Assembly (NCBI RefSeq): GCF_006345805.1
Contig: NC_042999.1
Span: 1,116,001 to 1,180,000 of the forward strand
Source: Octopus sinensis
Lineage: Eukaryota
Direction: 5' to 3'
Length of the DNA stretch: 64,000 bases
A program made the position numbers and the translations under genes. How positions within the stretch are numbered: the stretch's first letter is position 1; every line of letters begins with the position of its first letter. The notes beneath the pieces were generated by a model that was not told the DNA's origin, ran no database searches, and saw only the letters and a list, made by a program, of their open reading frames with translations. Below are positions 26,089 to 39,399 of this stretch, one piece after another.

Positions 26089-26420
26089 TTATTTACATTA
26101 TTTACATTTGATGGATATTTGTCCTCATCTTGTTTGTTGTTAACACAACGTTTCGGCTGATATACGCTCCAGGCATTATCAGGTGTCTTGGGAAAATTTC
26201 GAACCTGCGTTCTCATTCCTGAAGTATTTTTTGATGTTGTTGTTGTTGTTGTTATTATTATTATTATTATTATTATTAGGCCCACGGGCATATGGCTTAG
26301 TGGTTAAGAGCACGTGCTACTAACCCCAAGATTCCGAGTTCGATTCCAAGCAGTGACCTGAATAATAATAATAAGAAGAAGAAGAAGGAGGAGGAGAAGA
26401 ATGTAAATAATGTAAATACA
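26089..26420. mobile_element. tRNA-headed, HHR-tailed composite SINE (family D): inverted tail plus forward head
   Basis: Minus-strand tail with mutated HHR at 26142-26187; plus-strand head ggcttagtggttaagagc...gagttcgattcc at 26279-26360; terminal (AATGTAAAT)2. Confidence 0.7.
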
Positions 26421-27021
26421 AAATACTAAAAATTACTGGGGATATTATTTAAAGGGAGAAGAAACTATTATATGGTTAGGCAACATAATTAATCCAGAGC
26501 AAACATATTTAATATACAGACAATGTAGACGCTAATAAGAAGTATATAAATAGTAACAGGATTTTGAAAAAACATCATTCGCCAATGACTAATAATAAAT
26601 TCATGTTAACATTATATTTGAGGAAGCACCTGGACATATGCCAATTTTATTCTGAGCTTTTCAGCAAATGATAGCCTTCGTAGCACTTGTCGAAACTGCA
26701 TCAAAGAAAAAATCAAAATTCTTTTGTTTAAATCAATTTACAAACAGATGATTGTAGATAACAACTCGTGTTTCATGTTTGAACTATATATATATATATT
26801 ATATTATATAAGAATTTTTTGCGTAATAAGATAAAAATAACCAAGGCTGTATAGATATTAGAGCAGTTATAGATAGAAGGTCTTACAGCTGTTTCTAGGA
26901 TATTTATTAATAATATCTTTCATCGGAGACGGTGTGAGAGGAAAGTTTATATATATATATAATGTCACCTTTCAAATGTGTACCGTTGGCGATTTTTTTC
27001 CTCTGTCTTCCCTTCTCCTAT

Positions 27022-27056
27022 GTTTCCGACGAAGAGCTCCGCTCGAAACGTTAAAC
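27022..27056 (+). ncRNA. Minimal type I hammerhead motif (U4C core)
   Basis: GTTT-CCGACGA-A-GAGC tcc GCTC-GAA-ACGT-T-AAAC; same family as 41110-41144. Confidence 0.55.
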
Positions 27057-27146
27057 CCTCCTTCTTCCCTTCTTTCCTGAGCGTCCAATAATACTATATT
27101 TGTTCCACGTCCTCGCGTTGTGTTTTTTGTGTTTTCTTGTTTGGAT

Positions 27147-27220
<74 letters not shown>

Positions 27221-27855
27221 TGTATAGTTGAACAATTAGATTAACGATCTAGCTCCCTAAAACAAATATTACCTTTAAGTACTTTATGTATAGGCTATTG
27301 TTTTATCTACAAAATGCGTCCACAGATATTTATAAGCGTCATTTGTATTATTTGTACCATTTCATGCTGCATTACACCGAGTTTTTTAACATCCGTTCAA
27401 CGAATATAGAATACTGCTTTCCTCTGTTAATAGTAATCCAAAGTCAGCTAACATGAAAAAGAATTCTGTAACTAACTTCTGCACTTGCCTGACACCGCTT
27501 CTATAATATGCCATGTGTCAAACACTTATAACATAATAAATATTCGCTGACGATGTTGGAATTTCTGCAGATCTGAAGTGCGTTTATAACAAAACACATA
27601 CGCATACATACCTAAATATGTGTGTGAATGAATACACACTTAAATACAAGCGCGTGTATATATGTATATGGATACATACCTATGCATGTATGCATGTTTG
27701 TGGTGTGCGTGTGTGTGTGTATGTGTGTGTATTCATTCCGGATTAGCTTATGAGCAACAATGCTGATACTTGCGCTGACACGTAATTCTCATATCACATA
27801 TGGTGTATATTTATCATTCCCTCTCTTTCTCCCTCTCTTTCTCTCTCTCTCTACT

Positions 27856-28024
<169 letters not shown>

Positions 28025-29087
28025 TAATATATATTAATACGTACCTGCGTTGTGCGTGTATGTGCGCGCACACATCTGTGCGTTCATGTTTAAGCGTACG
28101 TCTTAGTACGCTCGTATGTGTGTTTGTATATGTGTGTGTATGTGTATGTATACGTGTATAACATGATTAAACATGACACGTTTATTTCTCACATTTCAAG
28201 CAACAAAAAAATGAATAAAATAAAATAAAATAAAATAAAATAAAACAAAATAAAATAAAATAGAACGAAAAGAGCATCGAACACATCTTGCCTGAAGCAT
28301 AATCATCACAAGTTTGTGATTGAAAAAAAAAAGACAAAAAAACAACAACAACAACAACAGCAAAATCTTCTTCTCATCCTCTCAGCCTTGACAGTCAGCA
28401 ATATTTAGTAGTTAGTTGTTCCAACAGTCAGCAATGCTTAGCTGCAGATAAAGCTATAAACCGGTTGTCATTCAAACTATATGACACAAATATGCGGTTA
28501 TCTTAATATATATGCCACAAATGATTATTATTTCAATATGGAAATAACACTTCTCTGTTTTTTCCTTAGAAAACTGAAGTCATTCTCTACGTCTTCAGTT
28601 GTATTTGCTTTCTTTTCGATCTGCGCTTCATGCATTCGTTGTCTTTATGTCTCTAAAGTACATGAGATTTATTTATTTATTCATTTATATATTTATTAAA
28701 ATTAGGTTATGTGCATAAATATTTGGATAGAAAAGGTTTCACAGATTGTTATAGCCTTCCTAAAACGAAATATTTAACCTTGAGATGTGGGTGAGAAAGG
28801 TTTCAATATCGATTCAGGCATATTGTAAACGATATAAAAAAATTGTTTTAATATTATTTTATGTGTTGAAGGAAAGAATGCTAATCGATTCAATCTTTTA
28901 AAGTAATTTATCCATGGAAAATATTCAAGGTGAACGAGAGATGTTTGATAATGCCTGAGGCTCCATACACACTTGTAGTAAGGAGAAAAAAAAAGGGAGA
29001 TGAAGGAGGTAGTACATTGATAAGCGACTGGTTGGATTGTGCTGTTTGGTGATTAGAAAAGTTTTGGGTGGTGCAGAATAAATTTAG

Positions 29088-29312
29088 GTGAAGGCGGCGA
29101 GCCTACAGAATCGTTACTGCGTCGAACAAAATGCTTCACAGCATTTCTTTCCACGTTACGTTCTGTGTTCAAATGCCGCTGAGGTCGACTCTGCTTGACA
29201 TCCTTTCAAGATAAAAAAAATAAGAACCGGTTGAGTACTACTGGGTTTGGTGTAATTGACTTACACCCTCTCCCAAAATTGCTGGCCTCGTGCCAAATTT
29301 TGAAACCGATAT
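29088..29312 (+). mobile_element. SINE family B, diverged
   Basis: aaggcggcgagcctacagaatcgttac...gttctgtgttcaaatgccgctgaggtcgac. Confidence 0.7.
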
Positions 29313-29677
29313 AAACTTAGGTGAAATGCTCGTTTTAGAGTATTGTATTCACAACCGTAAGACAGTAGTTTCGATTCTCGGACCGGGTGGTACGTTATGT
29401 CGTTGCGCAAAACACTTCCATTCGCGTCGCACCAGTCCATACAGCTCTAAATGAGCTCCGTTCAGAGGTAAGTATTGAGAATCCACGTTAAACTCTGATC
29501 TCACAAATCCTTGGGATCATGGCAGACATAGTCTAGGGAACAGTGGGTGTAGGGCTTTTCAGCAAATGATAGCCTTCGTAGAACTTGGCGAAATTGCATC
29601 AAAAAATAATCAAGCTACTTTACAGACATATGATTGTAGATGACAAATCGTATTTCATGTTTAAAATATATTCACTT

Positions 29678-30080
29678 ACTCTTTACTCTTTTACTTGTTT
29701 CAGTCATTTGATTGTGGCCATGTTGGAGCACTGCCTTTAGTCGAGCAAATCGACCTCAGGACTTATTCTTTGTAAGCCTAGTACTTGTTCTATCTGACTC
29801 TTTTGCCGAACCGCTAAGTTACGGGGACGTAAACACGCCACCATTGGTTGTCAAGCGATGTTGGACTCAAACAAAGACACAAACATACACACACACACAT
29901 ATATATATACACATATATACGACGAGCTTCTTTCAGTTTCCGTCTACCAAATCTACTCACAATGCTTTGGTCGGCCCGAGGCTATAGTAGAAGATACTTG
30001 CCCAAGGAACCACGGTGTGGGACTGAACCAGAAACCATGTGGTTCGTAAGCAAGCTACTTACCACACAGCCACTCCTACG

Positions 30081-30083
<3 letters not shown>
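29678..30083 (-). mobile_element. SINE family A, full length
   Basis: Reverse complement of the 6266-6726 consensus. Confidence 0.9.
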
Positions 30084-30121
<38 letters not shown>

Positions 30122-30199
30122 GCAATTTGAGTAAAAACGTTTTACCTGTAATACAGAGCTAGAATTTTTATAATATAGATAATGGTGTCATCTATTGTT

Positions 30200-31000
30200 G
30201 TCCAGGTAAAACCAGTTGTCCCTCATTAGTGTCTTTTGTATTTGATTTCTGTATTTTCTTCCAATGTACACGTTGATCGCCAGAGGGAGTTACTATGGTA
30301 GTACATGCGAGCTTTGAAAGATTGCTTTGTCAGTCCCATTATTGCTTGCTGATTCAATGCTAATGAAGATACCACTATAGAATCACATGTCATTTGCTAT
30401 ATATGTTCCGTTTAATATTTTACGTTGTAGTTTTTCATGCAATTTGGAAAGCATTTCTTTCTGCTATATCTCAGATTTGTGTTGCTTTCATTCGAACGCC
30501 AAATGAAACCAGCGACTACTGGAAAGATATTTTCGCATTAAAAAATATATTTACAATATTGGAGGCTGGCGTATGCCATAGAATATTTCTCTTCCTAGTA
30601 TTTTAGGCTGTTGCTGGCAGCCAGTAAGTAATATCTGACTCCTTGTTGATATCAGAAAATGCATTAATTTAGAATTCGGCCGCCTCCTTCAATGTGGTTT
30701 CATCGGAGGATAATGCATTTATCACATTTTTGTTGTGTACGGATATATTTTTCATGATGTCCATTGGGTCATAAGATCGAGCACAGATGGAGAGGTAATG
30801 TTATTATCTATCTTAATGGGCACGCATATTTTCCATTCTAGCTTATGCGTGACACCTAGGAAGTTTGCGTTGTAATGATTGCTTCAGCGGCTAATTTCAG
30901 ACTGACTTTAATGAATATTATAGTTACGTTTTCCCTGCGCTGGTAGATGTACGATCCTCGCAAACACAGACACGAACACTCACTATTCAAGATAATAGAA
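30200..31000 (-). mobile_element. Degraded Penelope-like element (RT C-terminus, linker, GIY-YIG)
   Basis: Broken frames give FLGVTHKL, SYDPMDIMKNIS, INALSSDETTLKEAAEF (30673-30714), RKRNILW (30576-30596) and MGLTKQSFKARMYYH (30295-30339), collinear with PLE proteins. Confidence 0.65.
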
Positions 31001-31453
31001 ACTATTGTTGGGAAAAGAAATCCCTGCTTCCCTCTTTTCACTGCCCACATCTACAACAATATAACAGTCACCAGGAAAATTGTAAATTTAAAATTAGCTT
31101 ATAATAAATACTCAAGATTTTGCAACACCAGATAATTTCAAACAAATAACACACATCAATACACACATATATGTATTTTTTCTTTTATAGTTCACTTATT
31201 TCAGTCATAATATGATATATATATGTATATATATATGTGTGTGTATATATAAGCAGAATTAGCGGTTATAATAACCGACTAAGGACTAAAATATCCGTAT
31301 AGACCATTGCTAGATCACTCTTTTACCTACGAACTTCTAAGCCCTATGATGGAAGATTGAATGATTTTAATATATTAGGCCTCCAGACTTCTTCTCTAGG
31401 CCATATTTTCGTTCCTTTCCCCACTTCCATTTGTTTATTTTGGACGCTTTTTT

Positions 31454-31572
31454 ATTCACTCTGATGAAGTTCCATGTTCTATTCCAAATATTCTATGAAG
31501 ATGAAGAATGTTATTTTCGCAATTCTGTCATAGGTGTTGACTAGCATCGGAAGCTGAAACGGCCGTAAGAAT
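31454..31572 (+). ncRNA. Type I hammerhead-like motif with a long stem II insert
   Basis: CTGATGA at 31461, AGTTCC/GGAAGCT closing helix, GAA-ACGGCCGT-A (palindromic stem III, GUA), weak bulged stem I. Confidence 0.45.
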
Positions 31573-31611
31573 TGTTATGTCAAATAAATGCTGTGCCATG
31601 TTTTGTATCAA

Positions 31612-31922
31612 ATTAACGTGCAAGAGGCTGAGCACTCCACAGGCACGTGTACCCTAAACGTAGTTCTCAGGGAGATTCAGCGTGACACAGAGTGTGACAA
31701 GGCTGGCCCTTTAAAATACAGCTACAACAGAAAAAGGAAGAGAGAGTGAGAGAAAGTTGTAGTGAAAGAGTACAGCAGGGTTCGCCACTACCTCCTTCCG
31801 GAGCATCGTGGAGCTTTAGATGTTTTCGCTCAATAAACACACAGGACGCCCCGTCTGGGAATCTAAACCGCGATCCTACGACCACGAGTCCGCTACCCTA
31901 ACCACTGGGACATTGCACCTCC
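31612..31922 (-). mobile_element. tRNA-derived SINE family C
   Basis: Head ggaggtgcaatgtcccagtggttagggtagcggactcgtgg; body shared with 2285-2474. Confidence 0.8.
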
Positions 31923-32099
31923 ACATCGGAAATATAATTTTGAAGTCTTCATAGTGTCATACTGACACCTGATCAAAGACTTTGCAATTAATAAAAAGTA
32001 TGCAAAATGCTTTTAAATATGAATAAAGTGGACGTCTGCAAAGCTAAACATTCTTTTAAATGACTGGAGAATCTATGAGTTTTAATCCAGCCCTGAATG

Positions 32100-32420
32100 C
32101 ACGCTACCTAGATCCCTCATCAACAACATCAAAATATGCTTGAGGGTCTACGTTATATACGAGATAGTCTGCGGTGAATGTGATGCACCTGCATAGGGAA
32201 CAGCACCAGAAAACTGCACATTCGCATCAAGGAAATCTTGCACACAAAGTCCTCAATCCGCAAACACCTAAAACTGTGCCACACCCAGGAGTTCACATTA
32301 TCCATTAGAACCACTCAACGTAATAAATCGTAGAGGCCCTCCTACAGGAAACTACTCAAGAATATAGCAAAGAGCTACACGAAAGCAAACAGCACTAGTC
32401 TGCGCATATCAACAGTCTGT
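32100..32420 (+). mobile_element. Penelope-like GIY-YIG endonuclease remnant
   Basis: VIYEIVCGECDA then, frameshifted, CIGNSTRKLHIRIKEILHTKSSIRKHLKLC. Confidence 0.6.
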
Positions 32421-32755
32421 ACATGACAACAGGCTACGCGTGTTACCATTCTTCCCCATGTACTTGGCAAAATCTTATTCCATCCCTCAATTATACAAAT
32501 GTCTTGGAGTAAAGGTCATAACCCCTGAATATCGTAAACGTTTGGTAAATTTCCAGCTGTTGTCATTTTCAATTTTTGTAGTTTGATTTGTATTTCGTTT
32601 CATTGTTTCAGCCGTATCATACAGTTTATTTGATGTAATATCAGAAAATGCTTCTCCCTATATATTTTATGTTAATATGCGTGTGTATATGTGTGTATGT
32701 GTATGTATATATGTGTTTGTATTTGTGTATGTGTGAGTTAATATATACACATACA

Positions 32756-32798
<43 letters not shown>

Positions 32799-33165
32799 AT
32801 GTGTGTGTGTATGTGTGTGTGTGTTAACATATAAATAAATAAATATATATATATATATATATGGCAATGAGATATAGAGAACATTCATAGATCGATAGGT
32901 AGATAGATAGATAGATAGAGATAGATAGATAGATAGATAGATAGATATATAGATAGATAGATAAATAGATAGATAGACAGCCAGACAGACACACAGACAT
33001 AGATTAAAGACTTGTTTTATTTTCAAGAATATATCGAATAAAAACAAGATTGAAGTACAATAATGAAATGAAGTATGGCATCACTTTACCTCCTTTTTTA
33101 TATTCATACATATATATCTGTGCATACGTATATAAATGTGTATATATATATGTGTATATATATAT

Positions 33166-33209
<44 letters not shown>

Positions 33210-33231
33210 CATACATTTATGCAAATATACG

Positions 33232-33273
<42 letters not shown>

Positions 33274-34014
33274 TATACATATACATATGTGTGCGTAAGT
33301 GTGTATTTTGAGACAAACTTGTTAGCAAGTAATAATTGGATTGAAGTTGTGGTATAAAAAACAGTTGTAACAAAGAGAATTAAAGAAATATTGTCTACAT
33401 TTCGTATCTTTAGTTGTTGTGTTGATCACCATCCTGGCTGCTGACTATCTATGTGTGTACGTTACTTTATATAAATATATATCTTTGTATGCATATGCGC
33501 GCTATATGTCTATATATGTACGTACATATACACACATATATATATATATATATACATATATATACATATATATCGATAGGTAGATAGATGCATACATATA
33601 TACATACACACACATATATATATGTATGTTTATGTATATGTACATATGTATATATACATATATGTTTGTATATAGGCACATACGTGTCTGTGTGTGCTCT
33701 CTATAGTTTAAGGAAGCATTATATAAACATGCTTAAGATTTTATATACCTATATAAGTAATATGGATGTACATGCTTATATAATTATACATACAAATATA
33801 TATATATTCATAAAACTATACACACACACACACACAAGCATATACGCACTATCACATAGCGATGACAGCCATTCATAGGTAGTCATATATTCATGTTTGT
33901 AATGAAATATATCGATATATATATATGTATGTAAGTATCTATATCTATCTATCTATAAACATATATATATGCATGTATATATGTAAATGCACACACACAC
34001 ACCACATGCATGCG

Positions 34015-34046
<32 letters not shown>

Positions 34047-34101
34047 CATATATAAATGCATATCTATATCTATATCTATATATGTATATATATATGTATA
34101 T

Positions 34102-34133
<32 letters not shown>

Positions 34134-34141
34134 GTATATAT

Positions 34142-34220
<79 letters not shown>

Positions 34221-34829
34221 AATGAATTATTGTAAAGTTTCGGCACGCTACTCTACCACAAAAAGTTTTGAAGTTCTCTCAATTCATTCAAATTGTCAAC
34301 AGCTAACAGCAATATTTTAAATAATGAAAGAACTTTGTTTGATTAAAATTTATCATCTAACAAATATATTATCCATTCCTTGTTTTTGTTTTGTTTTTTC
34401 ACTCATACTTACGTTTATAATGCGTATTGTGCTTTGTTCCTGTTGCACTTAAATCATGTTATTATTGATAGCTAATTTTATGCATATAAAAGAATATATT
34501 TTGTTTAAAATATTATATTTATTATATTTTCTTTGTTAGTTTTCAAGAAAATTATATCGATAATTTCACTGCAGTATATTCTCTGTTAAGAATATATTGC
34601 ATGCGACTGTTTAAAAATGTGTGGGTGTGCATTATAATATTCAATTCGTTTTATTTTTTCAATGAGATAAAACGGGTCTAAATCTAAGTGCCATGCCTCT
34701 GGCAAAAAAATTTCAGAGGATACACCTACACACACACACACACTCACACGTACATGCATGCATACATATATACATAAGTATGTACCGTCATAGGGGTCAG
34801 CTGTCCTGCTGTTGTGTATATCTCTTTGA

Positions 34830-35030
34830 AAATCAAAGAGACAGAATGTGACTGCAGACAAATGCTTCGAAACCTCCAGCTTCTGTTTCAAGACTTCAAA
34901 TTTACATTTATACAAATAACAACTGGAGTACTTGGTTTTGTGAGTGAATACCAAACCGTCAGCCGGGATAATCTTGGATTATCAGAAAAAGAAATCAAAC
35001 AACTTAAACGCAATTTACAAATACAACTAT
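34830..35030 (+). mobile_element. Second, divergent R4-like RLE C-terminal fragment
   Basis: RQMLRNLQLLFQDFKFTFIQITTGVLGFV...KRNLQIQ aligns with the 17158 fragment. Confidence 0.55.
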
Positions 35031-35092
35031 AGCTTCCGGCCGACCAAAGCCTTGTGAGTGGATTTGGTAGACGGAAACTGAAAGAAGCCCAG

Positions 35093-35184
<92 letters not shown>

Positions 35185-35388
35185 TGTGATTGTCCCCACC
35201 AATATCACTTGACAACGGATGCTGGTATGTTTACGTCCCCCGTAACTTACCGGTTCGGGAAAAGAGACTGATAGAATAAGTACTGGGCTTACAAAGAGTA
35301 AGTCCTGGAGTCGATTTGCTCAACTAAAGGCGGTGCTCCAGCATGGTCACAGTCACATGACTGAAACAAGTGAAAGAGTAAAGAGAGA
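35030..35388 (+). mobile_element. SINE family A, 5'-truncated
   Basis: ccgaccaaagccttgtgagtggatttggtagacggaaactg...catgactgaaacaagtgaaagagta. Confidence 0.85.
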
Positions 35389-35519
35389 TTAAAGACTAAC
35401 CTATAAATGAAGCAGTAATGATATGCAAAACTTTTCTCAAGTTTAAAATATGAAATTGTTTTTTGTTATCTACATTCCGAAGATGGAGTTTTGTATCCTT
35501 GTTAGAAACCGGCTCCTTC

Positions 35520-36480
35520 CTCAGAGGAAGAATTCAAATAATTAAAAACAGAAGAGAACATATATATGCGAATGAAATAAGCACTGGAAACACAAAAGAT
35601 TATCAAAAGCAAGAGACATCCGCAATCCCTAAAAAAGGTACTCACCAGCGCCAAATTACCCACCAAAAATACAACCCCACTAGTTGCAAAGTGCAACCGC
35701 CCTAATTGCGGAACTTGCATCTTCCTCTTAGAAGGCTCGACATACAGATTTAAGTCAGGTCAGACTTTTACCATAAGAAATCACTTGACCTGTGCTTCGA
35801 AGAACTTAATCTATGTTCTCAAATGTGGAAGGTGAGGTGGAGACTACATAAGTCGAACTAGTTTAACTTTGAGGGACAGACTAACGGTGTACAAGCAACA
35901 AATCCGAGGCACCACGACCAGGAAAATTCTCGTAAGCAAACACCTAGACAAATGCCCCGTAAATATAAACCCGAAATACCAAATCTTCCCTCTCTATCAA
36001 TGCACCGGAAACACTTCAACGCAATTCTGTTTAAATAACGAAAGCATACTGATTAAAAAATATAAATCACAGCTGAATATCCTTTCGAAAGAAGAAAAAC
36101 AATAAAGAGAAAAAGGAATGAAGAATAATTTTATACACACAAAAAAGCAACCAAGAACGACAAACAATTTTAAAAACTTTGGTTACAGTTTTCCACCTGG
36201 GTTTAAAAACCGCAACTCCAAATCACCATACAATAACACAATACAAACACCAGTTGCCGACATCACCTAACTCTAGACAAATGAATCTTTACAAACACCC
36301 GCTGCAGACGTCACCTAACTCTAGATGAATGAAATTTTTCCGCCGATCAAAACCGAACTTCAGCAAGTACAACAAAATGACCCTTTAAGAGAATCAACCA
36401 ATTGGAACGCCTGATGACCGTTCCCCACAGGGAAGGTAACCAGGCAGAACGACAAACTTGACCACCAGAAAACCAAGACG
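35520..36480 (+). mobile_element. Penelope-like element 3' part: Cys-rich linker, GIY-YIG endonuclease, 3'UTR with an HHR remnant at 36411-36448
   Basis: One frame from 35599 to 36105: IIKSKRHPQSLKKVLTSAK...KCNRPNCGTC...TCASKNLIYVLKCGR*GGDYISRTSLTLRDRLTVYKQQIR...LN, with a single in-frame TGA. Confidence 0.8.
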
Positions 36481-36759
36481 TGCCATTATTTCTTTAACGA
36501 ATCAAAACTCAGTTCCGTTCGCGCAAAATATTATAAATACACCAGATTCCAAAAGACACCGTTACAAGCGAAACTCCCTGCACTCGACGGAAAGGGAATC
36601 ACAGAAAATGAAAATCAAATCCCTTTCTTTACTATCTTCATTTGCCCCTTGTTTTTCTCCCTCTTAACTCAGTATGACTGAAATTTTGTTGATATTCATT
36701 TCTTGTCGATCATTACTAACACCATTGAAATTTGTACATTTAAACACGTTGATCCACAG

Positions 36760-37130
36760 TTTTTATATTATTGACTGTTATGAACATTTATGAGTTTGAT
36801 GTAGCTACCCTCATTTGCACCTCTTGCCGTGAGGTAGGTTCATCTGGGACTCTCGACAGGAAGAGATCCAGCCTTGATTTAAAAACTCCTACATCTATTT
36901 TGTGCAGATTCCTCAGGCTCTTTGGAAGAATATTAAAAAGCCGAGGGCCCCTAAAACCCAGACTGTTGCAGTAACTGGTCCCAAAGCGCGATGACATTGG
37001 CATTGATGGGATCTTTGGCACTGTGCAGTGTCGACCCGTTCTGATTTTTTCTTCGGAGGAATGACCCCTAAAACAGCCGCAGGAATATTTTCTTTTAATA
37101 TGTAGCCCAAACCTTTTTGCATGACTATCA
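36760..37130 (-). mobile_element. CR1/L2-group LINE 3' fragment
   Basis: NSLGFRGPRLFNILPKSLRNL...VFKSRLDLFLSRVPDEP, typical of the CR1/L2 ORF2 C-terminus. Confidence 0.65.
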
Positions 37131-37403
37131 TTATATTTTCTTTTTTAAAAACGTTTTTATCTATAATCCTATATTTCATTATATCATTACTATGTCTATA
37201 TATTCATATATCTATATGTCCATATATATATTTATAATTTTATGTATTTTTAATATAACAATATATGTTTTGTTTTAGAATAATTTTATCTTAAATAAAT
37301 CCGTACACATGTGTTCATTGTCGTCTGCCTGACTTGAACGTTTTCTATTTCATTTATTATACTTATGAATAGATATTTATTCTCTCTGTTTATTTTCTCT
37401 TAT

Positions 37404-37442
37404 TCCTCTGTGCTGAAGAGCGTAGGCTCGAAACCTAAAAGA
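37404..37442 (+). ncRNA. Degenerate HHR motif of the 7251/11005 family
   Basis: ctgtgctgaagagcgtaggctcgaaacctaaaaga. Confidence 0.3.
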
Positions 37443-37574
37443 TATTTCCATTTATTTTTTTCCCAAGCGTCAAACTATTACACTTTCTTGTTATTCATAC
37501 AACTGTCTACGTCTTTATTTTTCTATAAATTTCAGCTATATATATATGTGCGTGGGCGCGTATATGTGTTATTA

Positions 37575-37588
37575 TGTATGTATGTATG

Positions 37589-37619
<31 letters not shown>

Positions 37620-37930
37620 GTATGTATGTATGTATGCATGTATGTATGTATGTATGTATGTAATGTATGTATGTATGTATGTATGTATGTATATATGTAT
37701 GTATGTATGCATGTATGTATGTATGTATGTATGTATGTATGCATGCATGCATGTATGTATGCATGATGCATGTATGTATGTATGCATGCATATGCATGCA
37801 TGCATGCATGTATGTATGTATATATGTATGTATGTATGTATGTATGCATGCATGTATGTATGTATGTATGTATGTATGTATGTATTTATATATGTATGCA
37901 TGTATGTATGTATGTATGCATGTATGTATA
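37575..37930. repeat. (TATG)n microsatellite inside a minus-strand SINE A (head at 37932-38098)
   Basis: Direct reading. Confidence 0.9.
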
Positions 37931-38596
37931 TATACTACGATCTTCTTTCGGTTTCCGTCTATCAAATCCACTCAGAAGGCTTTATTCGGCCCGAGCCTAA
38001 AGAAGAAGATATTTGCCCAAGATGGCACGCATTGGGACTGAACCCCGAACCATGTGACTGGGAAGCGTGCTTCTTACCACACAGCCACGCCGGCGCCTAT
38101 GTATGTATACATAGAGAAAAGAACAGGGAAACTGAGCGATGAATAGTTAGTCGAGGATTTATTCCAAATTTCTGGCTTTTGTGAAAAAAATTAATTCAAT
38201 AATGGAAGTGGTTTTTGTGAAGTTCCACAACCGCCTGAAAATAAAAGTAACAAAAGCTTAAATTGAAATCTTCATCTTTGAATGGTGTTGATTTGAACAA
38301 AGAACATCTCTTCATTTATTTGTCTGGAGATTCAGTTTCGTATAAATAAGGAGGGAGATTAATGGAATGTGTATATTAAAAGCAAGAAAGTCATTTAGAT
38401 TTCGGTGCAAATAATATATGACTACATGCAATGCTGGAATACGCAATCAAATTGGATGATATGTGCCACTGGTTACGGAGAAATCCATGACCATCCAAGC
38501 AGAAGACCAATTCCAGTGCGTCGAAGCAACTGGTTGAACTAATTGCAATTTAGACCATGTAATTACTTGTTTGTTATTCAAGACTGTTTCGTCCTT

Positions 38597-39190
38597 TGCC
38601 TTCTTCACCTTCTTCTTCTTCTTCTTCTTCTTCTTCTTCTTCTTCTTCTTCTTCTTCTTCTTCTGCTTCTTCTTCTTCTTCTTCCTCTTCTTATTCTTCT
38701 TGTTCTTCTCCTCCTCCTTCTTCTTCTTTTTCTTTTCTTCTTCTTCTTCTTCTTCTTCTCCTCCTCTTCCTCCTTCATCTTCTTCTTCTTCTTCTTCTGC
38801 TCCTTCTTCTGCTTCTTCTTCTCCTCCTTCTCCTCCTCCTCCTTCTTCTTCTTCTTCTTCTTCATCTCCTTCTTCTCCTTCTCCTCCTCCTCCTCCGCCT
38901 TCTTCTTCTTCTTCTTCGTCTTCTCCATCTTCTTCTTCTTCTTCTTCTTCTTCTTCTCCACCTCCTTCTTCTTCTAATTCTTCTTCTTCTCCTTCTTCTA
39001 CTTCTTCTCCTCCTCCCCTTCTTCTTCTCATCCTCCCCCTTCTTCTTCTTCTCCTCCTCATCTTCTTCTTCTTCTTCTTCTTCTTCTTCTCCTTCTTCTT
39101 CTTCCGCTTCTTCTTCTTCCGCTTCTTCTTCATTACCGTCATCATCACTATCACCATCATCATCAGCAGCAGCGGCGGCAACACCGTCGT
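38597..39190. repeat. (CTT)n/(CCT)n polypyrimidine tract grading into (CAT)n/(CAG)n
   Basis: Direct reading; source of the poly-E/K/S/L ORFs. Confidence 0.95.
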
Positions 39191-39399
39191 CATTTACGAC
39201 AAGAATAATATACTTCCTACTCATCGCCACCATCAACTTCCCCCTATCCACGTCACCACTACGACTAACTCCAACACTGATACGTGGGCAAAAATATTCC
39301 GAAGTTTAAGTTAGTTTATTATACAGAAATTGATTAAATAACTGAATATTCTCTAAGGGCTACTTCAAAACCAGACAAAGAAGTACTTTGGGCAAAAAC

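Noticed and set aside
26279-26360. Genuine tRNA gene
   Set aside because: Acceptor stem is not well formed and the sequence is embedded in a multicopy composite repeat, so it is a SINE head; the same applies to the heads of families A, B and C
38447-39314. Poly-Glu/Lys/Ser ORFs of 230-250 aa
   Set aside because: Translation of (CTT/CCT)n
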